DNA of 64,000 bases from contig CM102290.1 of assembly GCA_046563655.1 (NCBI GenBank), positions 12,276,001 through 12,340,000 of the forward strand. The letters are read 5' to 3'. The translations under genes and the position numbers were made by a program. Under the pieces are notes generated by a model. The model was not told where the DNA came from and made no database searches. It saw only the letters and a list, made by a program, of their open reading frames with translations. Below, piece after piece: positions 40,201-53,100 of this stretch. Origin of the DNA: Yuukianura sp. NJ FZ-2021 (taxonomy: Eukaryota). Every line of letters begins with the position of its first letter. Position 1 is the first letter of the stretch.

Positions 40201-42354
40201 GAATGCCAATCAAAAGGTAGTGGAATAATACTCTCCTTTTCCGTGTCATAATTTCAAGGTTGATTTTAAAACGTTTTGATGTTTAGGAAAATCGAATTAT
40301 TCTGTCCCTGCTATTCGATGAGTCAAGAGTTCGGACAAACTCGGTATCAGACGAAGCAACAGTAGTCCAAGAGACAGAGCAGCCCAAAGCCAGTGCAAAG
40401 TCGAAGAAGACTAAATGTAAAGACGACGCAAAATCCAGGAAATCCAGCGATGAGAGTCATATCCTCAATGGAAAAAGCAGTCAATCGAAAGACAAACAGG
40501 ATGGAAAAGTAAAGAAGGCTGCCAAGAAAACGAAACGGGAGGCTGAAGCGACACCAGTAGAAGCAGAACCTCCAAAGAAGAAGACAAAGAAAGCTAAGAA
40601 GGAGAATGTCACTGAAGTGAAGATTGAAAATATGGAACTGGAGGAAACAAAGTGTCTGGAGTGTCCAACGGATACTTTCTACGATACTTCATACCTAGAG
40701 AATAGAAAAGCAGACACAGATAGTGATCTAAGTGATGATGAAGATGAACCTGCACCGAAAGACAAGAAGAGAAAGAAGGACAAGAAGCAAGTGACTGCGG
40801 TAGCACCAACAGCTGATTTGGGTGAAGAAGAAGTGTCCAAGAGCAGAAGTTCGGAGCAGTTTGCAGCGAATTCGGTGACTGAGTATGAAAAGTTGCTTCT
40901 GGCTTCTCCGAATAATGGGAAACTGTGGTGCAGTTATATCAACTTTGTCCTTCAGGTACCTTCATTTCACACGAAAGTTTTCATTTCAGTCAGTACTGTC
41001 ATTTCTTTTCCGTTTTTCAGAGAATTCCGTTAATTTAATGTAATGGAACGGTCTTCGCTTTGTTTCCTGAATTTGTTTCACATTGCCCCAGAATAGAGAA
41101 AAACCCGAAGTGCCCTACTGTATTAATAGCCTGCTGGTACTATACTTCGCTTTTTGTTGTTTCTTTTTCAGGGTGCTGACATCGAAGACGCTCGTGCCGT
41201 CGCTGCTCGTGGTATTCGCACAATCCTGTTTCGAGAGGAAGGTGACAAGTTGCTGGTCTGGAAGGCTTGGCTCAACATTGAAGCAACATATGGAACTGAG
41301 GTAATGTGAATGACGATATGGACTGTCACGAGAGTGCACGATTTCATAGTTTTGTTCATTTTTCTTATTCTATTCAAAGGAATCACTCAAAAAAGTTTTC
41401 GAGGAAGCGCTGAAGGCTAATGACCCATTGTCCACGTACCAAGCCATGGCTGAAATTCATGGACGCAAAGGAAATGTGAAAGTAAGACACCACGTACAAA
41501 GTGTATTGATTTTTCACCGTGGAGAGATTCTAATGCTTTGATTGAAACAGGAACAGGAGAACATAGTGTATCTGATGACGAAAAAATTTTCTGAAACGAA
41601 GGAGGTTTGGTATGAAGCGGTGACGTTTTACTACAAGAATGGAGACGTGGACAAAGGCAGAACAGTCTTCAAAACTGCTCTTGAAAAATTACCAAAGACT
41701 GAGCGTAAGATACTTCCTTGTTATAGGTTATCGCAATATTTTGAAATTAGTTACGATTTTAAGATTGTTTGTTCTATTGAACACCCGTTTTCTACATTTA
41801 TAGCGCTTGAAAGTAGTAACTTTCGTGCCTACATTTACTCAAACGTTTGTTTTGTTTGTCTCATTTTGCCCCAGATATTAACATGATCTCTAAAACGGCT
41901 GTTTTGGAATTCAAATACGGCGACATCGGCAGAGGTCGCACACTGCTAGACACCACACTTGAGACGTATCCAAAACGATTGGATCTCTGGCTCCTCTATA
42001 CTGCTCAACTCATCAAGAAAGGAGAATACGACTTGACGAGGTGAGCAATCAAGACATAACTGACTTAGTCCAAACAGTTAATCTGGAAGGACTTCTCTCT
42101 AAGTTTAATTATGTGATGATTTTTATGCAGTGCAATTTTTAGTGTTTTGTCTGCTGTTTTTCAGGGAAGTTTTTGAAAATGCAGTGAGGGTTGCATTTGT
42201 TCCGAAACGGATGTTGTCACTTCTAAAGAAATATCTTCAGTTTGAAATTGAGCATGGAACGCCAGAGAAGCGACTGCGTGTCAAAGAAGAGGCACTCAAG
42301 TATGTCAATTCCACAATGACTCAATTCGCCGACTCCTTCCAGGATATGGACTAG
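37226..42354 (+). CDS. RRP5: rRNA biogenesis protein RRP5 / PDCD11 (S1 repeats plus C-terminal HAT/TPR repeats), about 15 exons
   Basis: N-terminal EISFPRG. S1 motif GAVASVEDHGYIIDIG. YEKLLLASPNNGKLWCSY, ARAVAARGIRTILFREE, LEFKYGDIGRGRTL and YPKRLDLW. Confidence 0.93.
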
Positions 42355-42435
42355 TGACGGCCAGTTTAGAACTTGGTGGACGGTATGAATGGTGGCATTA
42401 GATTAAGTTAGTCTAACAGTTTTTGTCCTTATACT

Positions 42436-42658
42436 CAAGGTTTGTTGAGTGACTTTCTTTAACAGGTTGGGTAATATGTCATGTTATTTCGATTTTGCAA
42501 CTTTTCATTTCAGTGCATCGTAGTCATAACAATATGACCAATTCTTTTAAATTTTGCATACGAATTGGTACTAATTTTTTGTTTGTTTTTTTTTTCAACA
42601 AGCGAGGTAGTACTCAACCTGTTAAAGAAAATTAACTTTTCGTTGTCAAGGAACCTTG
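42436..42658 (-). mobile_element. MITE, CAAGG...CCTTG family (subfamily A)
   Basis: Termini CAAGGTT / AACCTTG, subterminal inverted repeat TTCTTTAACAGGTTG / CAACCTGTTAAAGAA, perfect 8-bp TSD CTTATACT. Inverted relative to the copies at 44401 and 61435. Confidence 0.88.
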
Positions 42659-43857
42659 CTTATACTCTTCTTTGGCCTGCCCTATTGCCAAATTATTTTA
42701 ACTGGTAGATTTAGAAAAAGATGTGTATGAAGGGGAAACCTCTTTTAAGTTTTACACTTATTCATCTGACAATGACAATAAAATATATTATTTTCATTTT
42801 TTTTTCAGGAATGTCAGCATCCTATTGTATGCTAGAGATGGCATGAATGAGTTTTGTAAATGAGTGGACAGGTGTAGTGAGGAGATTAGTAATTAACAAT
42901 TTGTGGTGATTTATGGTCAACATGCAAGCACTGCGGTGACCCAGAGTCCACGAACAACAGCTTGTGGCAGTCGGTTGACTTGGTTTTTAGCTAAATTCCG
43001 AATTCCGAGTACTGTGTTTGAGCAGGGATTGGAAAGCGTGACAACATCGTGCTAAATTCTGAGGCTTTAAAGTTGGATTTGATTTAGCTTCAACCGTGTT
43101 TTTGCACAAAACTATTTTACACGGACTCGAGAATTGTCAAATCGCATCGTTGAGTGACATCGAAGAATTTGAAATTGGCATGTGATTTGCAATTTCCAAA
43201 TTAGATTTCACTTAAGTACACAGCGGTTATTGGAAATTTATTTTTGTGTTGGCAGTAATGTGGCAAAATTTGAAAAATTTTTAAAAGTAAATCACTAAAG
43301 CTACTTGAATGCTTAGGCTTAATTTTGTGCTGCCGTTTCTTGAAAATGCCCAATTCAAACAAGAGTTTTTGACCTCTTAACAAAATTCTTCGAAATTTCG
43401 AAAAAAAAAATGATTTTCCCCGTTTTACATTTTAAGCGATCTCCAATTATTGTGTTTTGACAAAAATATCGCCTAAGGCGTCCCCATTTTGTAATTTTTC
43501 ACCTGAGCTCGTATGAATTATAATTTTTTTTTGAAATTAATGTATTACAAAGAATTTTTCTGTTAAATATTTTTTGAAAACATTGCTTTCGTGACTGTTT
43601 GCCTTCCTTTTGTGTCAAAACCACACAAAAAGTGCAGGATGTTGTGGAAATACATACGAAGGAAGAGTGTATGTGACCAATACCGTACTGCATCTCCTGT
43701 CCAAGATCAAGATGAAGGGAACAAGTCAGTGAGAAGTGTCAGTGCCTCTCATACACGCCGTGTGTCAACATCTACATGCAAAATCAGTTGCGCCTGCGCA
43801 GTCAAGTCCTTGGGCCAATAGTACTACACAAGGATTCGACGCCGTGGTGTCCTAACC

Positions 43858-46800
43858 ATGGGTGACATGCGGTTGGAGCGATCTTTTCAAAACAATTTGC
43901 CACCATTTTACGAGTCCCCACCAGCCCCACCTTCTCAGTCCCACCAACCAAAATGTGGACAGCCTCCAGCAATTCCAAGCAAACCACTTCCACCAGTACC
44001 TCTTCCGTCAGTATCCAATTCCAATGCAGCTCCAGTTCTTCCACCAAAACACTTTGAAATTGAAGCCACCGTGGTCCAAGGACTCGCTCAAAGAGACTTT
44101 TTGGTGTCGGAATCAGCGATGTCTGGAAGCAGTGCCAGTGGAACCAGTGGAAGTGTCTCGGCTTCATCAACTTGGTCAACAGCGACTGTCGATCAACACT
44201 TTCTACATGATCAGAAAATCAAAGCGTCTGCGCTGTTGGACAGTCACGACAGGTCAGAGGTTTCAACTAACCACTACTAAGCTCTTACAAACAGACTCAA
44301 TACTGTAATGAAATGCACAATTTTCGAAATTTTCGACACGCGTGACATTAGGCTGAAAAATATGAAGTTATTTTAGATAATGTCGGTAGGTCATATTGAG
44401 CAAGGTTCCTTGACAGGGAAAAGTTAATTTTTCTTTAACAGGTTGGGTACTACGTCGCTTGTATACAAAAAAAAACAAAAAAAAATTAGTACCAATTTAG
44501 TACCAGTCCAAAAAAAAAATTGGTGCCAATTTAGTACCAGTCAAAAAAAAAAAATTGGTGCCAATTCGTCTGCAAAATTGAATCAAAAAATTAGCCATAT
44601 TGGTATGACTACGATGCCCCAAAATGGGAAGATACTTTTTTTTTTTTTTTTTTTTTTTGCAAAATCGAAAACACATTAGGTATTATCCAACCTGTTAAGG
44701 AAAATCGAAAGTCAACAAACGTTGATGTTAAGCTTATTTGATAAACCAATTTTTGCTAGTTCTTATTAGTTATGATAGTTAATGTTCTTAGGTTAAGGTT
44801 AACGTTATGGCTGTTTATGTTGAGTTGAATATTCGGGTCGAAGGTGAACGAAGTGGAAAAGTGGCAGGTAGATAATATTTATTACCTTTATGCTTCTACT
44901 ACGCATACGCACATTCGAAATTGGATATTCGCACAGGAGGAATTGGATCATACGATTTAGTTTCGATTTCTGTTTTCAAGTTTTGTTTTATTTCTTTTTT
45001 TTAAACGTGGCTACTTGCCAAATTGCTCCAAACACGTAAATTGTTGTGGGAAAATTTGTGATTTCAATAACTAATCTCTGAGCATCTCTTCTCCTCAATT
45101 AAGATTCAATTCAATTTCAGTCATCTCCTTACCAAACTCACCTTTTGATTTCAATTATTTTCCAATTCAGATCTCGTTTTCTCAAGCACTTTTCTTTCAA
45201 GTAAGGCTCAAACCTGTTTGAATTTTAACGGTACAACCAGCACACAACTCACGATCAACTGCAGTTAAACTGCAATGTGTTTAGTCTTTTCAGTTTCATT
45301 TCCACTTCCGCCATCACTTTTCAAAATCATTCAAAAGTTGCTTGGGGTTAGTGCAAATTCAGGATTGGAATTCGGAATTTCAAATTGGAATTGGGCAGAT
45401 CAAGTCCCGTTATATACGTCTGCCAGAACAGTTTCCTGCCTAACCCAATCATGACAGATTCAATTGATGCAAGTATGACCAAATTGTAATTGAAGTTGTC
45501 TGTTGACACTCCGAAGTTCTAATTGGTCTATCTTGTCCAAATGACTGTTCAATTGACGTCTAACCATCCATGACATTGGCGAACTCAACAAGTCACCAAA
45601 AACATTATCAAACATTTTTGAACCAACAACATTATTTCACAAAACGCTTCCAAGCCGGTAGCTTTTTAGTTTGTTTCTTTGCAAAATTTGCAAGATTCTT
45701 CGGAAAATTTGCAAGATTCTTTGCAAAAAAAAGTCCTTTTTTCATTGAATTTGTGTCATTCTGATGCAAAACCCTTCCAACTAACCGTGCAACTGTAAGT
45801 TTACAGTCCTATGGCCTAATTTTTTTTTACAAATACAAATAAAAATTGCTGAGAAAAAAAATTTGTTTGAATAGCTACCGTAACGGGGAGGTTAACAAAA
45901 AGCTTGTTAGGGAAAAAATCTGATGCAGTTGACTTTAAAACTAACTTTTGACAGCATCAGCACATTGCAGTAAGGAAGTATCTAATTCGGTGGAGATTTA
46001 TTACATGCGTGGATGTGTCACTTTTAAGAGTGTTACATTTCACAACTTCAAAAATCCACACATAACTGACTCCAAAAAACGTCTTACGCTACTTCCAAGA
46101 CTCAAATTTTTTGAAATTTTTAAGAATTGGGCAATTCATTTCTAGCAAAATTTTAACAAATACTTGAACTTCACATATAACACTAAACTGTTTTTACAAT
46201 TTTATGAACTTTTAAAACTTTTCCACAAAGAAGAAATTCAAAATAGTTCTTTTTTTTTTTTGAAAATTGGTTCAAAATGGACAATTTTTTCATAAAATTG
46301 AGCATGAAAAGGGAATGAGAACGGAGAATATTCAAACTGGTGCCAAGAAACTGCAAGTGCAGGGACCTTGAGGTGTGGGAAGAACAGTGACCTTTGACCT
46401 GAATTAATCCAAGTGAAGTTCCCAGCATCCCTGTAATAATCCACACCTTCTAAATCCCCACCACTTTATTAGCCCAACCTATCTGCACCATCTTGGCTAA
46501 CTCCCAAGTATTTAATTTATTAAACTATGGGAATTCAGCAGTGAATCTTTCCAAAGAGTTTTGTTGTTTCTATTATCCATTTTTTAAAGTTTTTGTCTAA
46601 ATTCGTATAATTAAAATTTCATAATTTCCATCAATCTTGGTTGCTCATCTTTTGTTTTTCGAGAGACCAAGGTTAATTTGATTTAGGTTTCATCCAATGC
46701 CAAAACTTTTCCTTTCAACTTGATTGCTTTGTTCTGATTTAGTTAGTTTCAAGTTTTGAGTTGACGTGGACAAGTCTCTTCTTCAATCAAGGCTTTAAAA

Positions 46801-49199
46801 GGCTAACAAAATGTCAACATTGACTAAATATTCAAACGAAAGAGAAAATTGACGGCCTAAAGTAGGGTAATTACTGCGAAGTTTGAGCTGCTTCAATATT
46901 ACCATAGAAAGTGACAACAACCGGTGCGTAGAGTATTAAACCTAAAATTCTTTTTATAATTATTTATTTTGTAGTACATTTTTATAGTACCTGTTTTATA
47001 GTTACATATTTTATAGTACACATACTAGTAGAAAGTTGTTTCATTTTAGGAATTCTGGTACTATGTCACTTGTCACAAAATTTCAGAAAAGTATTGACAA
47101 TATTTCCGGAAAGTGTTAGAACAATTTAACGCTTCACAAACAGTATCCAGCAGTATTGGATTTAGTGTCCGCTTTAAAAAAAATTGTTGGTTGTATCGCT
47201 TTTGTGTTTACAATTTCGTTTATTTTTTCGTTTCGTTTCAGTTTTTTTTTTAATTTTGGATTTGGATTTTGTAAGACTGTGGGAATGACCTTTGACATTT
47301 AGAAAAATGTTTCAACTTATTCAATCGTTCGATTGAATCTCTATGATTACGATTCAAAATTCTTTGAAAAGTTGTTGACTTTCATACTTCTGAGACCCAG
47401 GGGGAAAACCTAGGCTGAATTACATCATAAGAGTAGATTTTCCGAGAATGACCTTTGACACATTTGATTGAATTTCAGTTTTAAGTTAGACCTAAGAATG
47501 CCTACGCATGACCGGAAACCCCAAACAAAATGAATTCATAGTCACACGCTTGAGCCAGAAGGGGGAGAATTTAAAAAAAAATCATCCCCTTGAAAAAGTT
47601 TCAGTTTGTATTTTGATTCTCTTCAGATTCAAACCAGAGAAGAGTCAGCGACGTCCTGTGCAGAAGGTCAAGTGGACGCAGTCTCGCCTAGCTCGCTCAT
47701 TGGCTGGTGACCTCTTCTCCTGCAGTCCACCAATGACCTCCATCGAGGCACGGAAGCCCCAGGGGGTCATGACCTCTCAGAAGCTAATGCCCAACAACCA
47801 CTTCCATTCCAGCAGAAACTTCTTGGCAGATCGTCTTCCACTGGAATCAGAGTCCAGAGTGTCGTCCATGACAATTGCCGATGTCAGTCCGCGACTTGCT
47901 GTCAAAAAGGTAGGTCAAGCAGTTAAAATCTTCAAGAGTTTGACGACATTCATGTCACGGCGTCTGCGAAATCCAATTTTTAGGTTCTGGTGCTCTACGA
48001 ACATGCGCAGTACCGTGATGCTGCTAATTTCATTCAACGCCTCAGTGTCGGAACTTTTCGGATTATTCTTCGGGAGTTGCCGCTGGATTTGCTTGTTGAT
48101 GCCATGCCCCACTCTTTTCCAATTTTGGAAGCACTGTACTCTAAGGTAACCTTGCATTGAAACAAGGTTTCTATAGCAACAACATAGTTTTCTTTAACAG
48201 GTTAGGCAGTAAGTATGTTTTTCAAAAAAATCTCCCTTCTAACACTTTTTTCCCCAATCCCATTTAATTACATACAAATTATCGACAAATAGAAGAACCG
48301 TGACCCAAGTTTTGCTAATTTTTTTAACAAAATTTAAAAAATTCGAGTTATTGCATAACCTGTTGAAGAAAAAAGTAGTTTCTTGTTTACGAACCTTGCA
48401 TTAAAATTGCGTCGGACTTTCGTTTTTGAGTGTGGAAAACTGAAATTTTGAAATTTATTGAAATTTTGAACCGGTTTATGACAGGTTTTCAGTTCAGATG
48501 GAGACAGAATGGATCTGGACCCCTTAAAACCGGACTCTGTTGTCCTTCACATGGTGAAATTCTATTCACAGGAAGAACTGTGGCGTGAAGTAAGTGTTCC
48601 GCTTTCCTGCTGCAGCATTACCAACAACGCCCATTTCAATTTTTAAATTCCCCGCGCAATTAGGATCCATTAGCCACCAGAAAAATGTTCCATCCAACCG
48701 GAAATACACTTTTAACTTTTTTTTATGTGTCATGTATATAGCAGAGTCGCCAAGGTGGAAAGGAATTTGTGGGTCCATTTACGGCCTCTTGCAAACGGAT
48801 TCTGCGTATTATTTTATTAGGAGATCCGAAAGTTGTGAAAACGCTTCAGGCGCGTCGCAGGGCTCTGGACAAGGCTGTCGAAGGGATGGGCCAAGTATGA
48901 CATTTTTAAAACTGAAATTTTGATCTAAAATTTTGAACTTTTGAAATTTTGAAAACCCAAAAATAAAATTGATGTGACGTGTTTAGCATGGTCTGGTTGG
49001 CACGACGGATGAATCGCTGCTTCCGCTTCACGATGCACTTAAACTGGACTTCCGTCGCGTCATGGACGCTTACAAGGGGGCGCTGCAGAAGCTAGAAGAT
49101 TTGTCACTTTCGAATAAAACAAATCCGAAAAATGTGGCCCATGGACCAGCGCCTGTCCAAGCGTCACATCAGAGACAACTTTCACTCAGGTCAGCCCAG
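43858..49199 (+). CDS. Uncharacterised protein (Pro/Ser-rich N-terminus plus helical domain); 3' exons not found in this window
   Basis: In-phase exons 43858-44252, 47627-47908, 47984-48145 (VLVLYEHAQYRDAANFIQRLS..MPHSFPILEALYSK), 48486-48589, ~48742-48893 and 48987-~49199 (HGLVGTTDESL..ASHQRQLSL). It ends at a donor site with no stop. It resembles a conserved invertebrate protein of unknown function (from recollection). Confidence 0.75.
44401..44724 (+). mobile_element. MITE, CAAGG family (subfamily A)
   Basis: CAAGGTTCCTTGAC...GTCAACAAACGTTG with subterminal TTAACAGGTTGG / CCAACCTGTTAA. Decayed 8-bp TSD ATATTGAG / ATGTTAAG. Internal short tandem repeats (TTGGTGCCAATT). Confidence 0.82.
48163..48398 (+). 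mobile_element. MITE, CAAGG family (subfamily B), intronic
   Basis: CAAGGTTTCTATAGCAAC...GTTTACGAACCTTG. TSD CATTGAAA / CATTAAAA (7/8). Colinear with the reverse complement of 54028-54269. Confidence 0.85.
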
Positions 49200-49675
49200 G
49201 TCACGATTTTAGCACTTTGCACTTTTTAGCATTTGATCACAGATTAACTTAAAAACAAAAATGTGTCATACCGCTTCTATCTTCGCGCCTTTTTGGCGTA
49301 AACGTTCTAAAAATTTGAATTCGAGGTCAGTGAACTCGCTAAAACGAAACCAGAAAGCATTTTTGTCACCTTCACCCTTCATATCGTCCATCCGCAAAAG
49401 AACAAAAGAAACTCCGTCACACATCCAGCATGCAAAGTTCCTGTTGTCCAACCGGAAGTACTTTTTCTACCTAAATTTTTTTGTATCAAAGGAGGAGTTT
49501 GGAAATGAATAGGAATCTGGGCCCAAACGCATTTCCCGTAGTGTTAGAACGTGGGCCCAACATTTAGTGACGTTTCACACATAACGTAACACCCTGTCGC
49601 CAAGGCAATATTTTTAGCGTTAAAATGCTTAAATGAAAATTCACTTGGATATGGGCAAAAACGATTTTTTTTTAC

Positions 49676-50095
49676 TTGTCTTTTGATTTTGTCACTTGCC
49701 GCGACACTTACGCCAACTCGTACCTTTCCATCTCCTCTTCTTCAAGTGGCTATCCTGCCGCTTTGGCTGAAATCCAGAAACACAAAGTGTATCAAGACCT
49801 AAATCATCAATTCATCGTCTCCATCATTGCTGTTGAAACTTCGGAGCCGAAGGACTAATTCTCATCAGGTCAATTGGTCAACGTCTTGCCGAGGTCACCG
49901 GTGAACTCCGATCCACCAATTTTTTACTTCAACGGATTAGCATCGCCATTCAACGTGGCAACTCCGCATCAATCCTTGGCACTCTTCCCCCGGGGAAATG
50001 ATTGGACGAAATTTTTTACCTCTAACTTTTCTCAATACATACTCTAAACCTTTTCAACCTGCCTTATGGCAGGTGCTTGTGAATTAAATAAATAA
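49676..50095 (+). mobile_element. 5'-truncated, decayed non-LTR retrotransposon 3' end (CRE-like clade, restriction-like endonuclease C-terminus)
   Basis: DFVTCRDTYANSY..AALAEIQKHKVY..IIAVET, then a frameshift, then IGQRLAEVTGELRSTNFLLQRISIAIQRGNSASILGT. An internal TGA, a final stop at 50023-50025, and an A-rich tail (TAAATAAATAAG) at ~50085. Confidence 0.8.
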
Positions 50096-50184
50096 GAGAG
50101 GATCCCTAATTTTTTTTTATTTCCCCAGCAGTTGACATGTGTCTATTACATGAAGCATTACTTTTTTCCCATCAAAAGTTTTAC

Positions 50185-53100
50185 TTGATGAAATCTTGCT
50201 AACTCCCATCAATATCTAAAATTTTTACTTGATGAAATCTTGCTAAGTCACATCAATATCTAAAATTTTTACTTGATGAAATCTTGCTAAGTCCCATCAA
50301 TATCTAAAATTTTTACTTGACGCAATCTAGCTAAGTCCCATGAATGTTTAAAATTTTTACTAGATGAAAATCTGCTAATTCCCAGCATAGCCTAAAATTT
50401 CTTCTTGACGCAATCTAGCTAAGTCCCATGAATGTTTAAAATTTTTACTAGATGAAAATCTGCTAATTCCCAGCATAGCCTAAAATTTCTTCTTGACGCA
50501 ATCTAGCTAAGTCCCATGAATGTTTAAAATTTTTACTAGATGAAAATCTGCTAATTCCCAGCATAGCCTAAAATTTCTTCTTGACGCAATCTAGCTAAGT
50601 CCCATGAATGTTTAAATTTTTTACTAGATGAAAATCTGCTAATTCCCAGCATAGCCTAAAATTTCTTCTTGACGCAATCTAGCTAAGTCCCATGAATGTT
50701 TAAAATTTTTACTAGATGAAAATCTGCTAATTCCCAGCATAGCCTAAAATTTCTTCTTGACGCAATCTAGCTAAGTCCCATGAGTGTTTAAAATTTTTAC
50801 TAGATGAAAATCTGCTAATTCCCAGCATAGCCTAAAATTTCTTCTTGACGCAATCTAGCTAAGTCCCATGAATGTTTAAAATTTTTACTAGATGAAAATC
50901 TGCTAATTCCCAGCATAGCCTAAAATTTCTTCTTGACGCAATCTAGCTAAGTCCCATGAATGTTTAAAATTTTTACTAGATGAAAATCTGCTAATTCCCA
51001 GCATAGCCTAAAATTTCTTCTTGACGCAATCTAGCTAAGTCCCATGAATGTTTAAAATTTTTACTAGATGAAAATCTGCTAATTCCCAGCATAGCCTAAA
51101 ATTTCTTTTTGACGCAATCTAGCTAAGTCCCATGAATGTTTAAAATTTTTACTAGATGAAAATCTGCTAATTCCCAGCATAGCCTAAAATTTCTTCTTGA
51201 CGCAATCTAGCTAAGTCCCATGAATGTTTAAAATTTTTACTAGATGAAAATCTGCTAATTCCCAGCATAGCCTAAAATTTCTTCTTGACACAATCTAGCT
51301 AAGTCCCATGAATGTTTAAAATTTTTACTAGATGAAAATCTGCTAATTCCCAGCATAGCCTAAAATTTCTTCTTGACGCAATCTAGCTAAGTCCCATGAA
51401 TGTTTAAAATTTTTACTAGATGAAAATCTGCTAATTCCCAGCATAGCCTAAAATTTCTTCTTGACGCAATCTAGCTAAGTCCCATGAATGTTTAAAATTT
51501 TTACTATATGAAAATCTGCTAATTCCCAGCATAGCCTAAAATTTCTTCTTGACGCAATCTAGCTATGTCCCATGAATGTTTAAAATTTTTACTAGATGAA
51601 AATCTGCTAATTCCCAGCATAGCCTAAAATTTCTTTTTGACGCAATCTAGCTAAGTCCCATGAATGTTTAAAATTTTTACTAGATGAAAATCTGCTAATT
51701 CCCAGCATAGCCTAAAATTTCTTCTTGACGCAATCTAGCTAAGTCCCATGAATGTTTAAATTTTTTACTAGATGAAAATCTGCTAATTCCCAGCATAGCC
51801 TAAAATTTCTTCTTGACGCAATCTAGCTAAGTCCCATGAATGTTTAAAATTTTTACTAGATGAAAATCTGCTAATTCCCAGCATAGCCTAAAATTTCTTC
51901 TTGACGCAATCTAGCTAAGTCCCATGAGTGTTTAAAATTTTTACTAGATGAAAATCTGCTAATTCCCAGCATAGCCTAAAATTTCTTCTTGACGCAATCT
52001 AGCTAAGTCCCATGAATGTTTAAAATTTTTACTAGATGAAAATCTGCTAATTCCCAGCATAGCCTAAAATTTCTTCTTGACGCAATCTAGCTAAGTCCCA
52101 TGAATGTTTAAAATTTTTACTAGATGAAAATCTGCTAATTCCCAGCATAGCCTAAAATTTCTTCTTGACGCAATCTAGCTAAGTCCCATGAATGTTTAAA
52201 ATTTTTACTAGATGAAAATCTGCTAATTCCCAGCATAGCCTAAAATTTCTTCTTGACGCAATCTAGCTAAGTCCCATGAATGTTTAAATTTTTTACTAGA
52301 TGAAAATCTGCTAATTCCCAGCATAGCCTAAAATTTCTTTTTGACGCAATCTAGCTAAGTCCCATGAATGTTTAAAATTTTTACTAGATGAAAATCTGCT
52401 AATTCCCAGCATAGCCTAAAATTTCTTCTTGACGCAATCTAGCTAAGTCCCATGAATGTTTAAATTTTTTACTAGATGAAAATCTGCTAATTCCCAGCAT
52501 AGCCTAAAATTTCTTCTTGACGCAATCTAGCTAAGTCCCATGAATGTTTAAAATTTTTACTAGATGAAAATCTGCTAATTCCCAGCATAGCCTAAAATTT
52601 CTTCTTGACGCAATCTAGCTAAGTCCCATGAATGTTTAAAATTTTTACTAGATGAAAATCTGCTAATTCCCAGCATAGCCTAAAATTTCTTCTTGACGCA
52701 ATCTAGCTAAGTCCCATGAATGTTTAAAATTTTTACTAGATGAAAATCTGCTAATTCCCAGCATAGCCTAAAATTTCTTCTTGACGCAATCTAGCTAAGT
52801 CCCATGAATGTTTAAAATTTTTACTAGATGAAAATCTGCTAATTCCCAGCATAGCCTAAAATTTCTTCTTGACGCAATCTAGCTAAGTCCCATGAATGTT
52901 TAAAATTTTTACTATATGAAAATCTGCTAATTCCCAGCATAGCCTAAAATTTCTTTTTGACGCAATCCAGCTAAGTCCCATGAATGTTTAAAATTTTTAC
53001 TAGATGAAAATCTGCTAATTCCCAGCATAGCCTAAAATTTCTTCTTGACGCAATCTAGCTAAGTCCCATGAATGTTTAAAATTTTTACTAGATGAAAATC

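Noticed and set aside
48566..49451. Two minus-strand ORFs sharing YFRLD (48566-48778 and 49266-49451) as continuation of the receptor-like exon
   Set aside because: The splice phase does not fit, there is no TM character, one ORF overlaps plus-strand exons, and the similarity is only a short DNA motif (TCCAACCGGAA).
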